DNA of 64,000 nucleotides from Candidatus Spongiisociaceae bacterium (GCA_965213975.1 CBDCAR010000001.1:32134-96133), one strand, 5' to 3'; positions 26,201 to 36,700 are shown, counted from the stretch's first letter. Notes: generated by a model from the sequence alone, not told the origin. Numbers and translations: made by a program.

Positions 26201-28580
26201 CTTCTCCCTCGACGGGATCCGCGAAGCGCTCGAATCGAACATGGACCTCTCGTCCCGCCTGGATGACAAGTTCACCGCCATAGAGAAAACGTTGCTGTTC
26301 CTAGACGAACACCAGACCATCCGACTCGAACACGGACTGGCGCTGTTCCGCCAGGCGATGACCCTCCGCCTGCTGGACTCCGCCAAAGGCCGACGCTATG
26401 CGAACGCGGACTACCAGCCCCTGTCCGACCACTATGGGGCACGCGTGTTCCAAGTCCACGCGATAGGACGCTACGTAGAAGAAGTCAAAGAAGGCGGCGC
26501 ACCCGACCGCGGCCGCCAACTTGTTCAGAGCTACTTCGAGATGCCCCAAGACCAGTTCCGCCGCAGGTACCTGCCGGACTCCCAGGCCGTCAAGCGGCCA
26601 ACCTCCCCCGAACGGTTCCGTAACATCGTCGACAGTCTCAACAATCCAACGCAGGAGCAGATAGTCGCCGCGCCCCGCGGCCAGAACCTGCTGATACTGG
26701 CCGGGCCGGGCTCGGGGAAAACCCGGGTCGTTGTCCACCGCTGCGCCTACCTCCTCCAAGTCGAACGGGTCCAACCCGACCGTATCCTGGTGATCTGCTT
26801 CAACCGGGCCGCCATGTACGAGCTGCGGTCACGGATCAGACAGCTGGTCGGCGGCCTCGCACGACAAGTAGCGGTCCACACCTACCACTCCCTCGCTCTG
26901 CGCATATGCGAACGCTCCCTAGCCGAAGAACAACGCCTCGCAACAGACGACCGGGGGGAGGTCGACTTCGCAGAGATGATCCGCGCCGCCAACCGGAGAC
27001 TCCGCGGCGACGAACAGATAGAAGGAATCGACTCCGACGGCCTCCGGGACCGGCTCCTTGCGGGATACTCACAGGTACTCGTCGACGAATATCAAGACAT
27101 CGACGAAGACCAGTACGAAATGCTCACCCACATCGCCCGGAAAGCGGGCGACGACGAAGACCACACCGCCGCGATCCTCGCTGTAGGCGACGACGACCAG
27201 GCCATCTACGAATGGCGCAACGCCGACACCCGCTTCATCCGCCGCTACAAGAACGACTTCGACGCCGAACTCCACTACCTCGTTGAGAACTATCGGTCAA
27301 CCCAGAACATCATCAGCGCAGCCAACAGGCTCATCGCCCGTAACCCGAACAGGCTGAAAGCCGACCACCCCATACGAATAAACAAAGCCCGCCGCGGCGA
27401 CTCCAAAGTCTTTGCCTGGGAGAAACAGGACACCGGCATCGGCGGCCAAGTGCTCGTCATCGACGTTGACGACGGGGTTGCCGCGGACGCCGCGGTGGCC
27501 TCCTACATCGAATGGGCGAAAGACCTGGACGGGACCGCCGAGTGGACAGACTTCGCCGTCCTAGGACGAACATGGGCTGAGACCAACACCACCCGCGGGT
27601 TCCTAGAAGACCACAACATCCCCATCCGAAGACCAATCCCACCCTCTGGGCTGCCCCGCCTACACCGAATCCGGGAGTTCCGCCGCCTCCTCACCCACCT
27701 CCAGCAGGCCGACAGCCCAGACATCGCGGTGCCAGCACTCAGAGAAAACATCGCCACGATCTGCGGCACCCAGTCGGTCTGGACCCAAATGGCCGACCGG
27801 ATCCTCTCACAGATACAACAAGCAACCGGAACAGCCCCATGCCCCACCGCCTACCTCACCCGAGCCGTCCACACCGAACTCGCAGTAGCCAAGAGCGAAC
27901 ACCTCATCGGCGAAGGCGTACTCGTCGGCACCGTCCACTCCGCCAAAGGCAAAGAGTTCCCACACGTCGTCGTGTTGGGCGGCGACTGGAACCAGAACCG
28001 TCGCAACGGCGACCCTCCCGAAGCGCAACGGCGGCTCTACTACGTGGCGATCACCCGCGCGGTCAGCACCCTGGCGGTCATCAACCGCCGCGACAACCCC
28101 ACCCCCTACATAGGCGACCTACAAGGACCAGGCGTAACCCGACGGAAACGCAGCTACGCCGCCGCGGATGGCTCGTCTGCCCGGGGACGCACCGAATACA
28201 CGGTGCTCGGCCTCGGCGACATATACCTCAGCTACGCCGGAACCAAGCCCGCCGACCACCCGATCCACCAAGCCCTCACCGAAACCGCGACAGGCACAGA
28301 AGCCAAATTGGCAGCCGCCCCAAACGGCGGCGTGCGAGTCAGCGACCAGAACGGACGGGAGCTGGCACGCCTATCGAAAGCAGCAGCGCGGCTGTGGCGA
28401 CAAGCGTCGAAGAACCCGACAGACGAAACCACAAGGGTCCTCGCAATGGTGTTACGCACGGAACACGACAGCGAAGAAAAGTACCGGCAGCGCGTCAAGA
28501 CCGACAGTTGGGAAGTACCCATCCTCGAAACACGCCACCGTCAAGTACAGACACCGCCGTCTCACCCAGGGGTGAGGTGA
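23232..28580 (+). CDS. DnaQ-like exonuclease + RecQ helicase + UvrD helicase fusion (start uncertain)
   Basis: FVDLET and GHNI..HD (DEDD-like); PTGGGKS, FDEAHC, GHDFRPDY, QEAGRAGRDG (RecQ); AGPGSGKT, VDEYQD, GDDDQAIY, ENYRST, TVHSAKG, YVAITRA (SF1A). Confidence 0.92.
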   Translation: MVLLARAGTDGSRSGIASVKYLVGEVGSGGCPITDDCVFVDLETVPGSREAGRPRVVALAGLYRDRELTRRIRSAGQARQAMDDLAELAGDARFVAGHNIVAHDRRFVEGIVPSSPLLRLRSVDTLFLSPLAFPRRPYHKLVKDYKLVGAERSDPLEDCKRSRGLLEECWSQLGRWGKDHPGLLDVYRACFDGGTEAVFEKLGGRKIWDWEIESRFVDLVGSQFCHSAARTELARQVDGGGPYPQVAYALAWLLVADTESVLPRWVHHQFPHTGRLIHAIRANPCGDRSCAYCKAQHDPNTNLQRFFQFPEFRRTPATPDGGSLQQRITATMLAGDPLLGIMPTGGGKSLCFQLPAIVRYKQTGAITVVISPLQALMKDQVDGLAAKTGSPNLAATLNGMQTMPERRDTLEGVRLGRFALLYVSPEQLRSTTFEKAVRQREIAAWVFDEAHCLAQWGHDFRPDYHYAARFIREHSEREGHPPAPVACFTATATADVRDEIRGHFTAQLGQDLTVHASDRVDRDNLSYRVEEVSTAQKESRIHDLLADALRGADGTRLDGAAIVYASTRRRTEELAAGLRNRGWAALHFHGGMDPPDKKTVQEAFLSADIPVIVATNAFGMGVDKDNVRVVIHADCPASIENYLQEAGRAGRDGLPADCVLLFTKGDLDRQFNQLARNQMTKRDLAQILRAIRRQRRKDGGDIIVSARDLLRAPDTNTSFDPDGTDAVTKVRVAISWLERARFVLRDENRTHLFQGVPAASDTDTDKTINSLDLTAAEAARWKTTLAVLRGADERAGIDIDDLAGHPAFASLFESLENQYGDHPRLVNEAANREIVRMLYQMGDAGVLKRGVHFSAWFRHKTTDHSHNRLARLHKAQTALCTILDRHYPDLRRGGEAEVTLAGLQTHLRKRDVNLLNADLLTLLRGWERGGFGEPVSIKTNRYGSVHLGLRSSWDEMRGQLERRTEVGRVILNELGKLADSRQLKGEQLILFSLDGIREALESNMDLSSRLDDKFTAIEKTLLFLDEHQTIRLEHGLALFRQAMTLRLLDSAKGRRYANADYQPLSDHYGARVFQVHAIGRYVEEVKEGGAPDRGRQLVQSYFEMPQDQFRRRYLPDSQAVKRPTSPERFRNIVDSLNNPTQEQIVAAPRGQNLLILAGPGSGKTRVVVHRCAYLLQVERVQPDRILVICFNRAAMYELRSRIRQLVGGLARQVAVHTYHSLALRICERSLAEEQRLATDDRGEVDFAEMIRAANRRLRGDEQIEGIDSDGLRDRLLAGYSQVLVDEYQDIDEDQYEMLTHIARKAGDDEDHTAAILAVGDDDQAIYEWRNADTRFIRRYKNDFDAELHYLVENYRSTQNIISAANRLIARNPNRLKADHPIRINKARRGDSKVFAWEKQDTGIGGQVLVIDVDDGVAADAAVASYIEWAKDLDGTAEWTDFAVLGRTWAETNTTRGFLEDHNIPIRRPIPPSGLPRLHRIREFRRLLTHLQQADSPDIAVPALRENIATICGTQSVWTQMADRILSQIQQATGTAPCPTAYLTRAVHTELAVAKSEHLIGEGVLVGTVHSAKGKEFPHVVVLGGDWNQNRRNGDPPEAQRRLYYVAITRAVSTLAVINRRDNPTPYIGDLQGPGVTRRKRSYAAADGSSARGRTEYTVLGLGDIYLSYAGTKPADHPIHQALTETATGTEAKLAAAPNGGVRVSDQNGRELARLSKAAARLWRQASKNPTDETTRVLAMVLRTEHDSEEKYRQRVKTDSWEVPILETRHRQVQTPPSHPGVR

Positions 28581-28705
28581 GGTTCAGGAGGTGACGTCAG
28601 AGCTCGGGATTAGCACCTTCCGACTGTCGGGGTTCCATCTCCCGACACTCGTTTCCCCCGGCGCACAGTCTTGGACGATGGCTGCGATTGCGGCGACGCC
28701 CAAGA

Positions 28706-29197
28706 TCATGAACGATCAAAGGTCATGAACATTCCGGGCGGGCCTTCCCGATCCGAGCGGAACATCCCGATCCGGGCGGATGGCAGCACTCCGTTCGGAT
28801 CGGCCCATACAACCCACCCGCCCTCGGCGCGGAACCCGTTCGGGCGGGCCAGGTAAGACTCCCACACGCCCGCGTCGGCTGCCAGGCGATGAAGAGTTGC
28901 CACCGACGCTCTCATGATCTCCGTCGGCGAGTACTCCTTCGTCGCTGCGGGGTCGGCGGCGTAGATCAGGGCACCTAGCTGGCTCTTGAACACGTCGATC
29001 ATGCGCGGGGGAATTAGATGTTCAGTTCCAGCCACCCGACAAGTATCCCCAACATCGGCGTGGCGAGAACCAGAAGGACAACGACGACACCCAGCATTAC
29101 TCCAATTACCTTCATATAAGTGTAAGTCTAGCCCGATCCTCATCTGACAAGGAGTGGTGGCGATGTGGTCAGTGGTCAGGGACGGCGGCCAGCTCAT
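28706..29197 (-). CDS. Hypothetical protein (start uncertain)
   Basis: C-terminal two thirds protein-like; 5' part lies in a lower-GC stretch. Confidence 0.35.
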   Translation of the reverse strand: MSWPPSLTTDHIATTPCQMRIGLDLHLYEGNWSNAGCRRCPSGSRHADVGDTCRVAGTEHLIPPRMIDVFKSQLGALIYAADPAATKEYSPTEIMRASVATLHRLAADAGVWESYLARPNGFRAEGGWVVWADPNGVLPSARIGMFRSDREGPPGMFMTFDRS

Positions 29198-29275
29198 CTG
29201 TTTAGTCGGTTCCGGACTAGGTTGATTTGACGGGTCTCTTCCGGCCCGCTGCCCGCGACTCGGGTGTCGGAGCGG

Positions 29276-31381
29276 CTATCGACGGAGCTCAGGGCTAGCG
29301 TCTTCCGTCGCCCGCCGCCGCATCCACCCCCGAACCGTCCACACCACCAGCCCCACTACCACCAGCCCGGACACCAGCTGGCCTACCGACTCGGCCCAGC
29401 TCTTTCCCCATTCCAGGGTCATGTCGCCTGGGCTGTCGGCCCATACGATCATCTGGTTGGGTCCTGCGGGCCAGGGGCCTGCCCCGCCGCCTTCTAGCTG
29501 CCAGTTGGGGTGCCATGACGAGGCCACATATACGAGCCCCCGGCTGTCGGCGGTGAATCGTACGTATCTGTCGTCCGTCCAGTCCACATCCACCACCGCC
29601 GCTGTCGCCGTGTCTGCGTCGGATGCTTGTTCGGGTGGGGTGCCGTGCACTGGGATGGTCACGTCGCCGGTGGTCTGCCAGCCGCCGAACTCTCTCAGAC
29701 TGTGGTCAAGGAACTCGCGGTATGAGACGGTGTGGGGGTTGATCCATGTGAGGGGCCATTGTTCGGGCGGTGCGGGCACGGGAATGAGTCCAGGCCCCGA
29801 CACCCCCTCTATTCGGTACCACCAACCATCACGCACGATCTCTAGCAGGGTTGGGGAGAAGGTCGGAGATGCCCACGTCGCATTCACGCCCAACGTCTGG
29901 TACTGCGGAACAGGGAACGGCGTCCTGACCGTCCAGCCAGACGACGGCGTGTCATGATCGTGCCACCAACTGTTGCGGAATGACAGGGGGTGGGGCAGCG
30001 CGGACCAGAACCGGGCTGTGGGACTCGACTCACGATGCAGCCCATTCAACGGGGCACGGCCCACACCCAGAGAATGCGCGTCCATTAGACCCGCTTGACC
30101 CGTGTTAACCCAATGGGTCGCGCTGGCCCAGGTGACCGCATCCAACGCCACGCTGGTTGGCCTGCCATCTTCGTGAGGAACGCCGAAGGCGGTGTGCCAC
30201 AACAGAGAAGGGAGGTTCGCGCGATACGCGCCCAACACAGCGACACTCATGAGAGCGACACAGGCGACCGCCGCAACCCGCCAACGTCGCTCAACTTTGA
30301 GCGCGGCGCACATCTGCCCCACCAGGTCCACAATCGCGTACGCTGCCAACGCGCCGACTGCTAATAACCAGGCCCACCACGGGCGTTTGTCGAAGGCTAT
30401 CAACGCGGCCAGATCGGGGGCGGCGACTGCCAACAGTTCGTTAGCGAACGGGGCCGCGATCAACGCGGCGAACGGCCACAGGACACGGCGGTCAGGCAGC
30501 ACCTGTGCTAGGCGGATGGTGCCGATAGCAGCGAGCGTTAGCACCCCAGCCGCTACGGCCACCAGATACCACACCTCAGTGGCCGGAAACCCCCTATAGA
30601 CCGTCGTGAGAAACCAAATGCTATACCAGCTGAGGGTTGGGCGCGCCATGTCTAGATACGCCATGTGCAGGTGAGCGGCGAACGGTAGCCACCACCAGGC
30701 GGTCAACCCGCCAGCCAGGGCGGTCCCTTTAGCGAACGTTCGCCATCCGACTGTGGGCAGCAAGAGAAGCGACGCCACGCCGATAAATGCGGCGGGATAG
30801 GGGTGGCACAAGAAGGATGCGGCGAGCAGCAGGAAGGCTGCTAGCTGCCAGCCGCCCCAGCCGCGTCTCGTGGTCGTGTTCAGGGCGGCCAAGTATCCGA
30901 ACCCGAACACTATCGACCACTGATGCGCGTACAACCCGACACCGCCGCCGAACGCGCCCGAGACCGCGGCGGCGCTGAACACGGCGCAGACGGCGAACGC
31001 CGCCGCACGCGGCAACGACAAACCCCAGCTACGGGCCAGCCACCACACCACCAGCCCCAACGCAGGCCACGCAGCTACACCCAGCAGCCGATACGCAGCC
31101 ACTTCCGACAACGCTACGTTGAACGTCTGCCAGATGAACCAGCCGCCAGGGAAGTAGAACTGGTAGACGGGGTAGCCGTTGAACCAGCTGTGGTCCCAGC
31201 CGACGGTGCGGCCCTGGGTGAGCCAACTGCCCCATTCCCGCATCGGGATGTGATGCCCGCCGAAGTCGTAGGCGGCGGGCCAGTGATCGGCTGTGAGATA
31301 CGGCCAGAGCGGTGCGAGTAGGAGGACGGTTCCCGCGGCGGCACAGCCTGCGGTCAGTAGCCTACGCTGAGTCATCCCCAC
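29276..31381 (-). CDS. Polytopic membrane protein, GT-C glycosyltransferase-like (PTPS-related/YfhO type)
   Basis: GWDHSWFNGYPVYQFYFP loop, about 12 hydrophobic segments, soluble C-domain, terminal TM. Confidence 0.75.
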   Translation of the reverse strand: MGMTQRRLLTAGCAAAGTVLLLAPLWPYLTADHWPAAYDFGGHHIPMREWGSWLTQGRTVGWDHSWFNGYPVYQFYFPGGWFIWQTFNVALSEVAAYRLLGVAAWPALGLVVWWLARSWGLSLPRAAAFAVCAVFSAAAVSGAFGGGVGLYAHQWSIVFGFGYLAALNTTTRRGWGGWQLAAFLLLAASFLCHPYPAAFIGVASLLLLPTVGWRTFAKGTALAGGLTAWWWLPFAAHLHMAYLDMARPTLSWYSIWFLTTVYRGFPATEVWYLVAVAAGVLTLAAIGTIRLAQVLPDRRVLWPFAALIAAPFANELLAVAAPDLAALIAFDKRPWWAWLLAVGALAAYAIVDLVGQMCAALKVERRWRVAAVACVALMSVAVLGAYRANLPSLLWHTAFGVPHEDGRPTSVALDAVTWASATHWVNTGQAGLMDAHSLGVGRAPLNGLHRESSPTARFWSALPHPLSFRNSWWHDHDTPSSGWTVRTPFPVPQYQTLGVNATWASPTFSPTLLEIVRDGWWYRIEGVSGPGLIPVPAPPEQWPLTWINPHTVSYREFLDHSLREFGGWQTTGDVTIPVHGTPPEQASDADTATAAVVDVDWTDDRYVRFTADSRGLVYVASSWHPNWQLEGGGAGPWPAGPNQMIVWADSPGDMTLEWGKSWAESVGQLVSGLVVVGLVVWTVRGWMRRRATEDASPELRR

Positions 31382-31434
31382 CCCCCTAATGCGGTTCGTA
31401 GACCGCCCCTCACGGTTCTTGTGGTGTCTGGGGG

Positions 31435-31638
31435 CTATGTGGTGCTGGTGGCTGCGATGACGGCGGATAGCTGGTCGCCGACGTTCCGCCCAGACTCTTG
31501 CGCCGCGTCATTAGCTGTGTTCACGAGTGTGGCCGCGACGATCACAGCGATGGTCACAAGCGCCGCTGTGATGATTACGGTCTGCATTGCTGTGCCGCTG
31601 TCGTCAGCGAGCCAGTCGGCGAGCCAGACCGTAATCAT
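31435..31638 (-). CDS. Flp/Fap-like pilin 2
   Basis: Leader ending DDSG then one long hydrophobic helix; paralog of 31664-31939. Confidence 0.7.
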   Translation of the reverse strand: MITVWLADWLADDSGTAMQTVIITAALVTIAVIVAATLVNTANDAAQESGRNVGDQLSAVIAATSTT

Positions 31639-31663
31639 CGTCTTTTGTTCCTCGCGTGCAGCC

Positions 31664-31939
31664 CTACGTTACGCTAATTCGGCCAATAGCGGCTGATGCT
31701 TCAGACGCTAACGCGGATTCAATCGCTTCCACTTCGCTCCCAAGGTTATCGCCAGCGTCGCCTGCTGCGTTGAGGAGTACCGCGGCGATGATGACCGCCA
31801 CCGTGACAAGCCCCGCGATGATAAGAACCGTCTGAAGGGCGATACCCTCATCGTCGGCGAGCCAGCCTCCCGCCCGGTCTTTGAGCCAGGCTACAGCCCG
31901 TGCCGTGAAATGGGGGATGTGTGTGTGTGCTTTATCCAT
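31664..31939 (-). CDS. Flp/Fap-like pilin 1
   Basis: Leader ending DDEG then IALQTVLIIAGLVTVAVIIAAVLL. Confidence 0.72.
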   Translation of the reverse strand: MDKAHTHIPHFTARAVAWLKDRAGGWLADDEGIALQTVLIIAGLVTVAVIIAAVLLNAAGDAGDNLGSEVEAIESALASEASAAIGRISVT

Positions 31940-31946
31940 AGCCCCA

Positions 31947-31982
31947 ATTATAGCATGCTGGTTTGGTTCGGGGGGGGGGGGG
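31947..31982 (-). promoter_or_regulatory. Extended -10 promoter (TGcTATAAT) with a C13 tract at the -35 position
   Basis: TATAAT at 31947-31952, 7 nt before ATG 31939; G13 on the + strand at 31970-31982. Confidence 0.75.
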
Positions 31983-32090
31983 TGTCAGATGATGGTGGGC
32001 GACTGGTTACGGTAGGGACCGCGGCGGGGCCTGTGAGCGGGCCGCGGGTCTCCCGACGGGGCACCACAATCTCAACAGTTCGACGACCAT

Positions 32091-32621
32091 GTGGTCGTGT
32101 CTCCCCACAGATCTAGAATCCCGCACATGGAAACACTCCGGGAATCTGAGAGGCCCGAAGCCGAGCTGAGTCGCCCAACCGTATGGGTAGTTTCTTCCCT
32201 TGTGTTAATGACCGGCGGGTGCGTCCAAACGGTTAGGTGGCTGTTCCTCTCCGACCGTGGCTGGTCGTCGACTACTGCCTACTTCGACCCTTGGCATAAG
32301 GGCGTTGTACCGCTCGCGCTGGTCCTGCTTGGGTATGCCCTGTTATCAGTAGGCAAACGGCGCGGGGTGCGCATTCCCGATTGGATGGTGACGGCGGCCC
32401 GCTATGCCAGCATCGTTGTATTGGCAGTCGTCGTGGTCATAGTCTTGCTGGTGCCGCTTGTTTTATGGTTTCTCGGCGCAGTCGTCGTGCCCATTGTGCT
32501 GGCGTTGTTGTGGGTCAACCGACGCCGAATCGAGCGCGGTCGGCTTCCGCGCATGCCCCGAACGACAAGCGGGTGGATCAGCGTGGCCGAGAAGGCAGCT
32601 CAGATCAGGCCGCATACATAG
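32091..32621 (+). CDS. Hypothetical membrane protein (start uncertain)
   Basis: 3-4 hydrophobic segments. Confidence 0.6.
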   Translation: MVVSPHRSRIPHMETLRESERPEAELSRPTVWVVSSLVLMTGGCVQTVRWLFLSDRGWSSTTAYFDPWHKGVVPLALVLLGYALLSVGKRRGVRIPDWMVTAARYASIVVLAVVVVIVLLVPLVLWFLGAVVVPIVLALLWVNRRRIERGRLPRMPRTTSGWISVAEKAAQIRPHT

Positions 32622-32637
32622 GTTAGGGGCACTAGTT

Positions 32638-33672
32638 ATGACAGATTTCGGGACACCGTTGGCGCGCGTGCCCAGCCAGCTCCTGGTCGCAGTAGCGGCG
32701 GTAGTCCTGTTGGCGGGTGCCTGCGGGCAGCCACAAACGTCACCGGCCACGACGAGTACCACCCCGACAACTACGCCAGCAGCTACTAGCGCCGCCTCCT
32801 CCGGGGATGCGGAGGCGACCGGCCCCGAACCCGCGCAGACCAGCACCACCCAGCCGCCATCGACCACTCGGGCGGGGGCGGATGGGGGTCTCATATCGCT
32901 GCTTGGGGGCCTGGTCGTTGAAGCCGAACAGGCCGACGGTTACGACCGTGGCCTGTTTCGTCACTGGGTAGACGCGGACGGTGACGGCTGCGATACCCGC
33001 CGCGAGGTACTGATCGCCGAAGCCGTGACCGCGCCGACAGTAGGCGGCGGCTGCGCCCTCTCCGACGGTGTGTGGGTGAGCCGCTACGACAGCGAAACCG
33101 AAACAGGCTCTGGACGCGGTTTCGACGTTGACCACCTGGTCCCTCTCAAAGAGGCGTGGGACTCGGGCGCTCACAGCTGGGACCCCGCTACGCGGGAGCG
33201 GTTCGCCAACGACTTGGGATACGAGCATTCCCTGGTAGCTGTGTCGGCAGGTTCTAACCGGTCGAAGGGCGCGCAGGACCCCGCAACGTGGCTGCCCCCT
33301 GAATCATCTCAGCGGTGCTGGTACGCGGCGGCGTGGGTCAACGTCAAGGCCCGGTGGGACCTCAGCGTCGACGCCGCCGAGGCCGACACCCTGCGCAGCA
33401 TCCTCTCAGACTGTCCGGACGATGCGGCCGACACCGCGCTGCCCGCACCGGTCGTGACCGCACCACAACCGGCCACAACAACAGCGGCGGGGGCGGGTTC
33501 CCAAGACGGGGACTGTCACCCTGACTACACGCCTTGTATCCCGCATTTGGGCGGCGACGCCCTCAACTGCGGTGACCTGACCGCCGCTCAGAAACCTGTG
33601 ACCGTCCGAGTGGTGGGTGTGGATCCTTACAAGTTGGACCGCGACGGCGACGGCCGGGCCTGCACCAGCTGA
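32638..33672 (+). CDS. Lipoprotein with DUF1524 HNH nuclease and excalibur Ca-binding domain
   Basis: Lipobox LAGAC, Thr/Pro linker, DVDHLVPLKEAWDSGA, SNRSKG, WLPP; C-terminal CHPDY..C..DRDGDGRAC. Confidence 0.9.
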   Translation: MTDFGTPLARVPSQLLVAVAAVVLLAGACGQPQTSPATTSTTPTTTPAATSAASSGDAEATGPEPAQTSTTQPPSTTRAGADGGLISLLGGLVVEAEQADGYDRGLFRHWVDADGDGCDTRREVLIAEAVTAPTVGGGCALSDGVWVSRYDSETETGSGRGFDVDHLVPLKEAWDSGAHSWDPATRERFANDLGYEHSLVAVSAGSNRSKGAQDPATWLPPESSQRCWYAAAWVNVKARWDLSVDAAEADTLRSILSDCPDDAADTALPAPVVTAPQPATTTAAGAGSQDGDCHPDYTPCIPHLGGDALNCGDLTAAQKPVTVRVVGVDPYKLDRDGDGRACTS

Positions 33673-33722
33673 CTGAACGGCTCGCCGCGGGTGTGACCGC
33701 GGGGATGCCACAATGACAGGCC

Positions 33723-36700
33723 ATGACTGAAACCGGCACGGACACCGACGCCAGCGTCGCGGCGGCAAGACTGCTGTTAGACCACCACCGTAGAGCGGTC
33801 GCTACCAGCGGCGACATCGCCTCGTCGGAGAGCGACATCCGGGCCGCTGTAGCGAATCTGCTCGTCGCCACCGGGGTAGCAGGGCGCGAGACCATCGCGT
33901 TAGAAGCCGCCCGAACCGATCTCCGCACCGGCCAGATCATCGTGGAAGTCAAGCGCCGTATCCTGAACAGTGTCGGCGACCCCGACCGCCAGCATATCGG
34001 CCAGCTCGACCGCTACCTTGACCACGCGCGGGTGGCGGGACGGCCCGAAAGGCTCGGCGTGTTGACCGACGGCCGGAACTGGGCTCTGCGGCCCAGCGGA
34101 GACACCGGCACACCCTTCCGTAACCGTGCTGGGGGGTCACGGTTCACGCTGCGCACACCACATGACGTGGGCGACTGGCAGCGATGGCTGACAAGACGTC
34201 TGGACATTCACCGGACCGCGGCTGTCGCCCCCACCCGCCAGCTTGTGGGGCACTCGTTCGGGTCTGGCATACCCGCCGCCAACGACATCGCCGAACTCAG
34301 ACGCCTTTACGACGCTTGGGCGGCGGACCCGACAGTCCACATCAAACGGGGCCTGTGGGAAGACCTGCTCGGCTCCGCGCTCGGCGAGGTTGTTACCCAG
34401 TCCGCGGACCTGGACGGACTGTTCGTGCGACACACCTACCTGGCCACGGTTGTGGCGTTGGCGCTTCAAGCGTCGTTCGGTCTAAACATCGAAGCCCTCG
34501 CCGAACTTGACGCCGCCCGGCTGATCGACGGTTCAGCGTTCGCTGAGCAGGTCGGAGTTCGGGGTGTGATCGAGTCCGACTTTTTCGGGTGGCCCGCCGA
34601 GGTGGAAGGCGGCGGCGGTTGGGTGCGCGCACTTGCTGTACGGGTAGCGGCCTACGACTGGACCCAAGCCGATTACGACATCGGCAGTGTCCTGTACCAG
34701 AGTGTCGTGACAGCGGGGGAGCGGCAACGCCTAGGCGAGTATTACACGCCGGACTGGCTCGCACGCCAGGTGGTCGAAGCAACCGTCGATGACCCCCTCA
34801 ACCAGCGGGTGCTTGATCCGTCGTGCGGGTCGGGGACGTTCCTGCGCGAAGCGATCAGGATCTACATCGCCGCGGCTGACAGGCGGCAGGTTGCGCCCGC
34901 GGAAGCGCTCGCCGCGTTGCAGAGGCAGGTCATCGGCGTCGATGTTCACCCGGTAGCGGTCCACCTGGCCCGCGCGTCGTGGGTGCTGTCCGCCAGGACC
35001 CTGATCCGCGACGCCGACGGCAAGGTTGACGTGTCGGTGCCCGTGTACTTGGGTGACAGCCTCCAGCTGCGATCGGGGGTGGACACTCTCATGGGACAAG
35101 AGCATGTCACGGTCCACACCGACCCCTCCCTCACCGGCGGGGCGCATGTCATGTTGGAGTTCCCTAAAGGGCTGGTGGACAGCGGCGACCAGTTCGACGC
35201 GCTTCTGATGCGAGCAGCGACCGACATCGAAGCCGGTGTCGACCCCGCCCACACGCTCCAAGACACGGGGATAGCGGAGACGGACTACGACTATGAGATG
35301 CTGCTGTCCACACTTCGTGTCCTCAAACGGTTACACGACGAAGGACGCAACCACATTTGGGCCTATTACACCCGCAACCTGGTCCGCCCCGTGTGGCTCA
35401 GCACCGACACCGGCCGGGTAGACCGGATCGTCGGGAACCCCCCGTGGCTCGCCTACAACAAGACCGTTTCCACGATTAGGGACACCCTCCGAGAGGAAGC
35501 CAAGAACCGCTACCGCTTCTGGCCTAGCCCACGGTATGTCACCCACGCCGACCTCGCAGGCCTCTTCTACGCATGCTGCGTCCGCCTATACCTCAAAGCG
35601 GGCGGCCGGGCAGGGATGGTGATGCCGCACTCGGCTCTCGCTGGCGGACATTACAAGAAGTGGCGCACAGGCAACTGGGGTGTCGTGTCCGCTGACCTAA
35701 GCGAGGACCCGTGGAACTTGGAAACCCTCCAAGACAACTCCTTCTTCCCCATCCCAGCATGTGTGGTGTTCGCCACGAAAACATCTACTGGGCGCAGCCT
35801 CTCGACGACAGTGACCGAATGGCACGGCTCACCGCCCAACCCCACCAAGAAAACCGTCACAATGCCCGGTGTGTCCGCGCCGTCGCCGTATAAGACCCGC
35901 GCGTACCAGGGCGCGACGATAGTGCCGCGGCGACTGGTCTTCGTCACAGCCCAACCATCCCCTACAGCGCTCATCGACGGACTAAGCGACGTCCAGCCGC
36001 AGACCTCCCCCCAAGACAAACCGCCCTGGAAAACACTCGACGTGTCCCACCTTGGAGCCACGATCCCCGACGACTACATACACCCCGTCCACCTAGGCGC
36101 AACCCTCGCCCCCTTCGTCACCCTGACCCCCCAAAAAGCGGTCCTACCGTTCGAGCGGGCCAGCGGAGCGCCGCCCAGGATCGACCCCATCACAGGCGAC
36201 GTGTCGATAGCAAGCCTCCATCCCAGCGTCCGTAGGCGATGGAAGCACATGACCCGCCTCTGGGACAACAACCGCAAGCGCACCAGCAGCATGAGCCTCA
36301 TACAACGGCTCGACTACATGAAGAAACTGTCCAAGCAGGTGCCCGCCCACCCGATCCGCCTCCTCTACACCACCTCCGGGCGTCCGACAGCCGCCGTGCT
36401 CGAAGACTCCGACGCGCTGGCGGACCACAAGTTGTACTGGATCAAATGCCGCGACGCTGACGAAGCCCACTACCTAGCCGCGGTCATCAACAGCGACACC
36501 CTGCACGAAGCGGCACAGCCTCTCATGTCGAAAGGTCAGTACGGGGCCAGGGACCTCCACAAGCATCTATGGAAACTCGCCGTCCCAGAATACGACCCAT
36601 CCGAACCGGACCTCAAGAGTCTCGCCCGACTCGGCCGACGGGCCGCCACCGAAATGCGCGAAGCGCTAGCCCACCTACACGCCCACCGCGGCGGCTCTGT

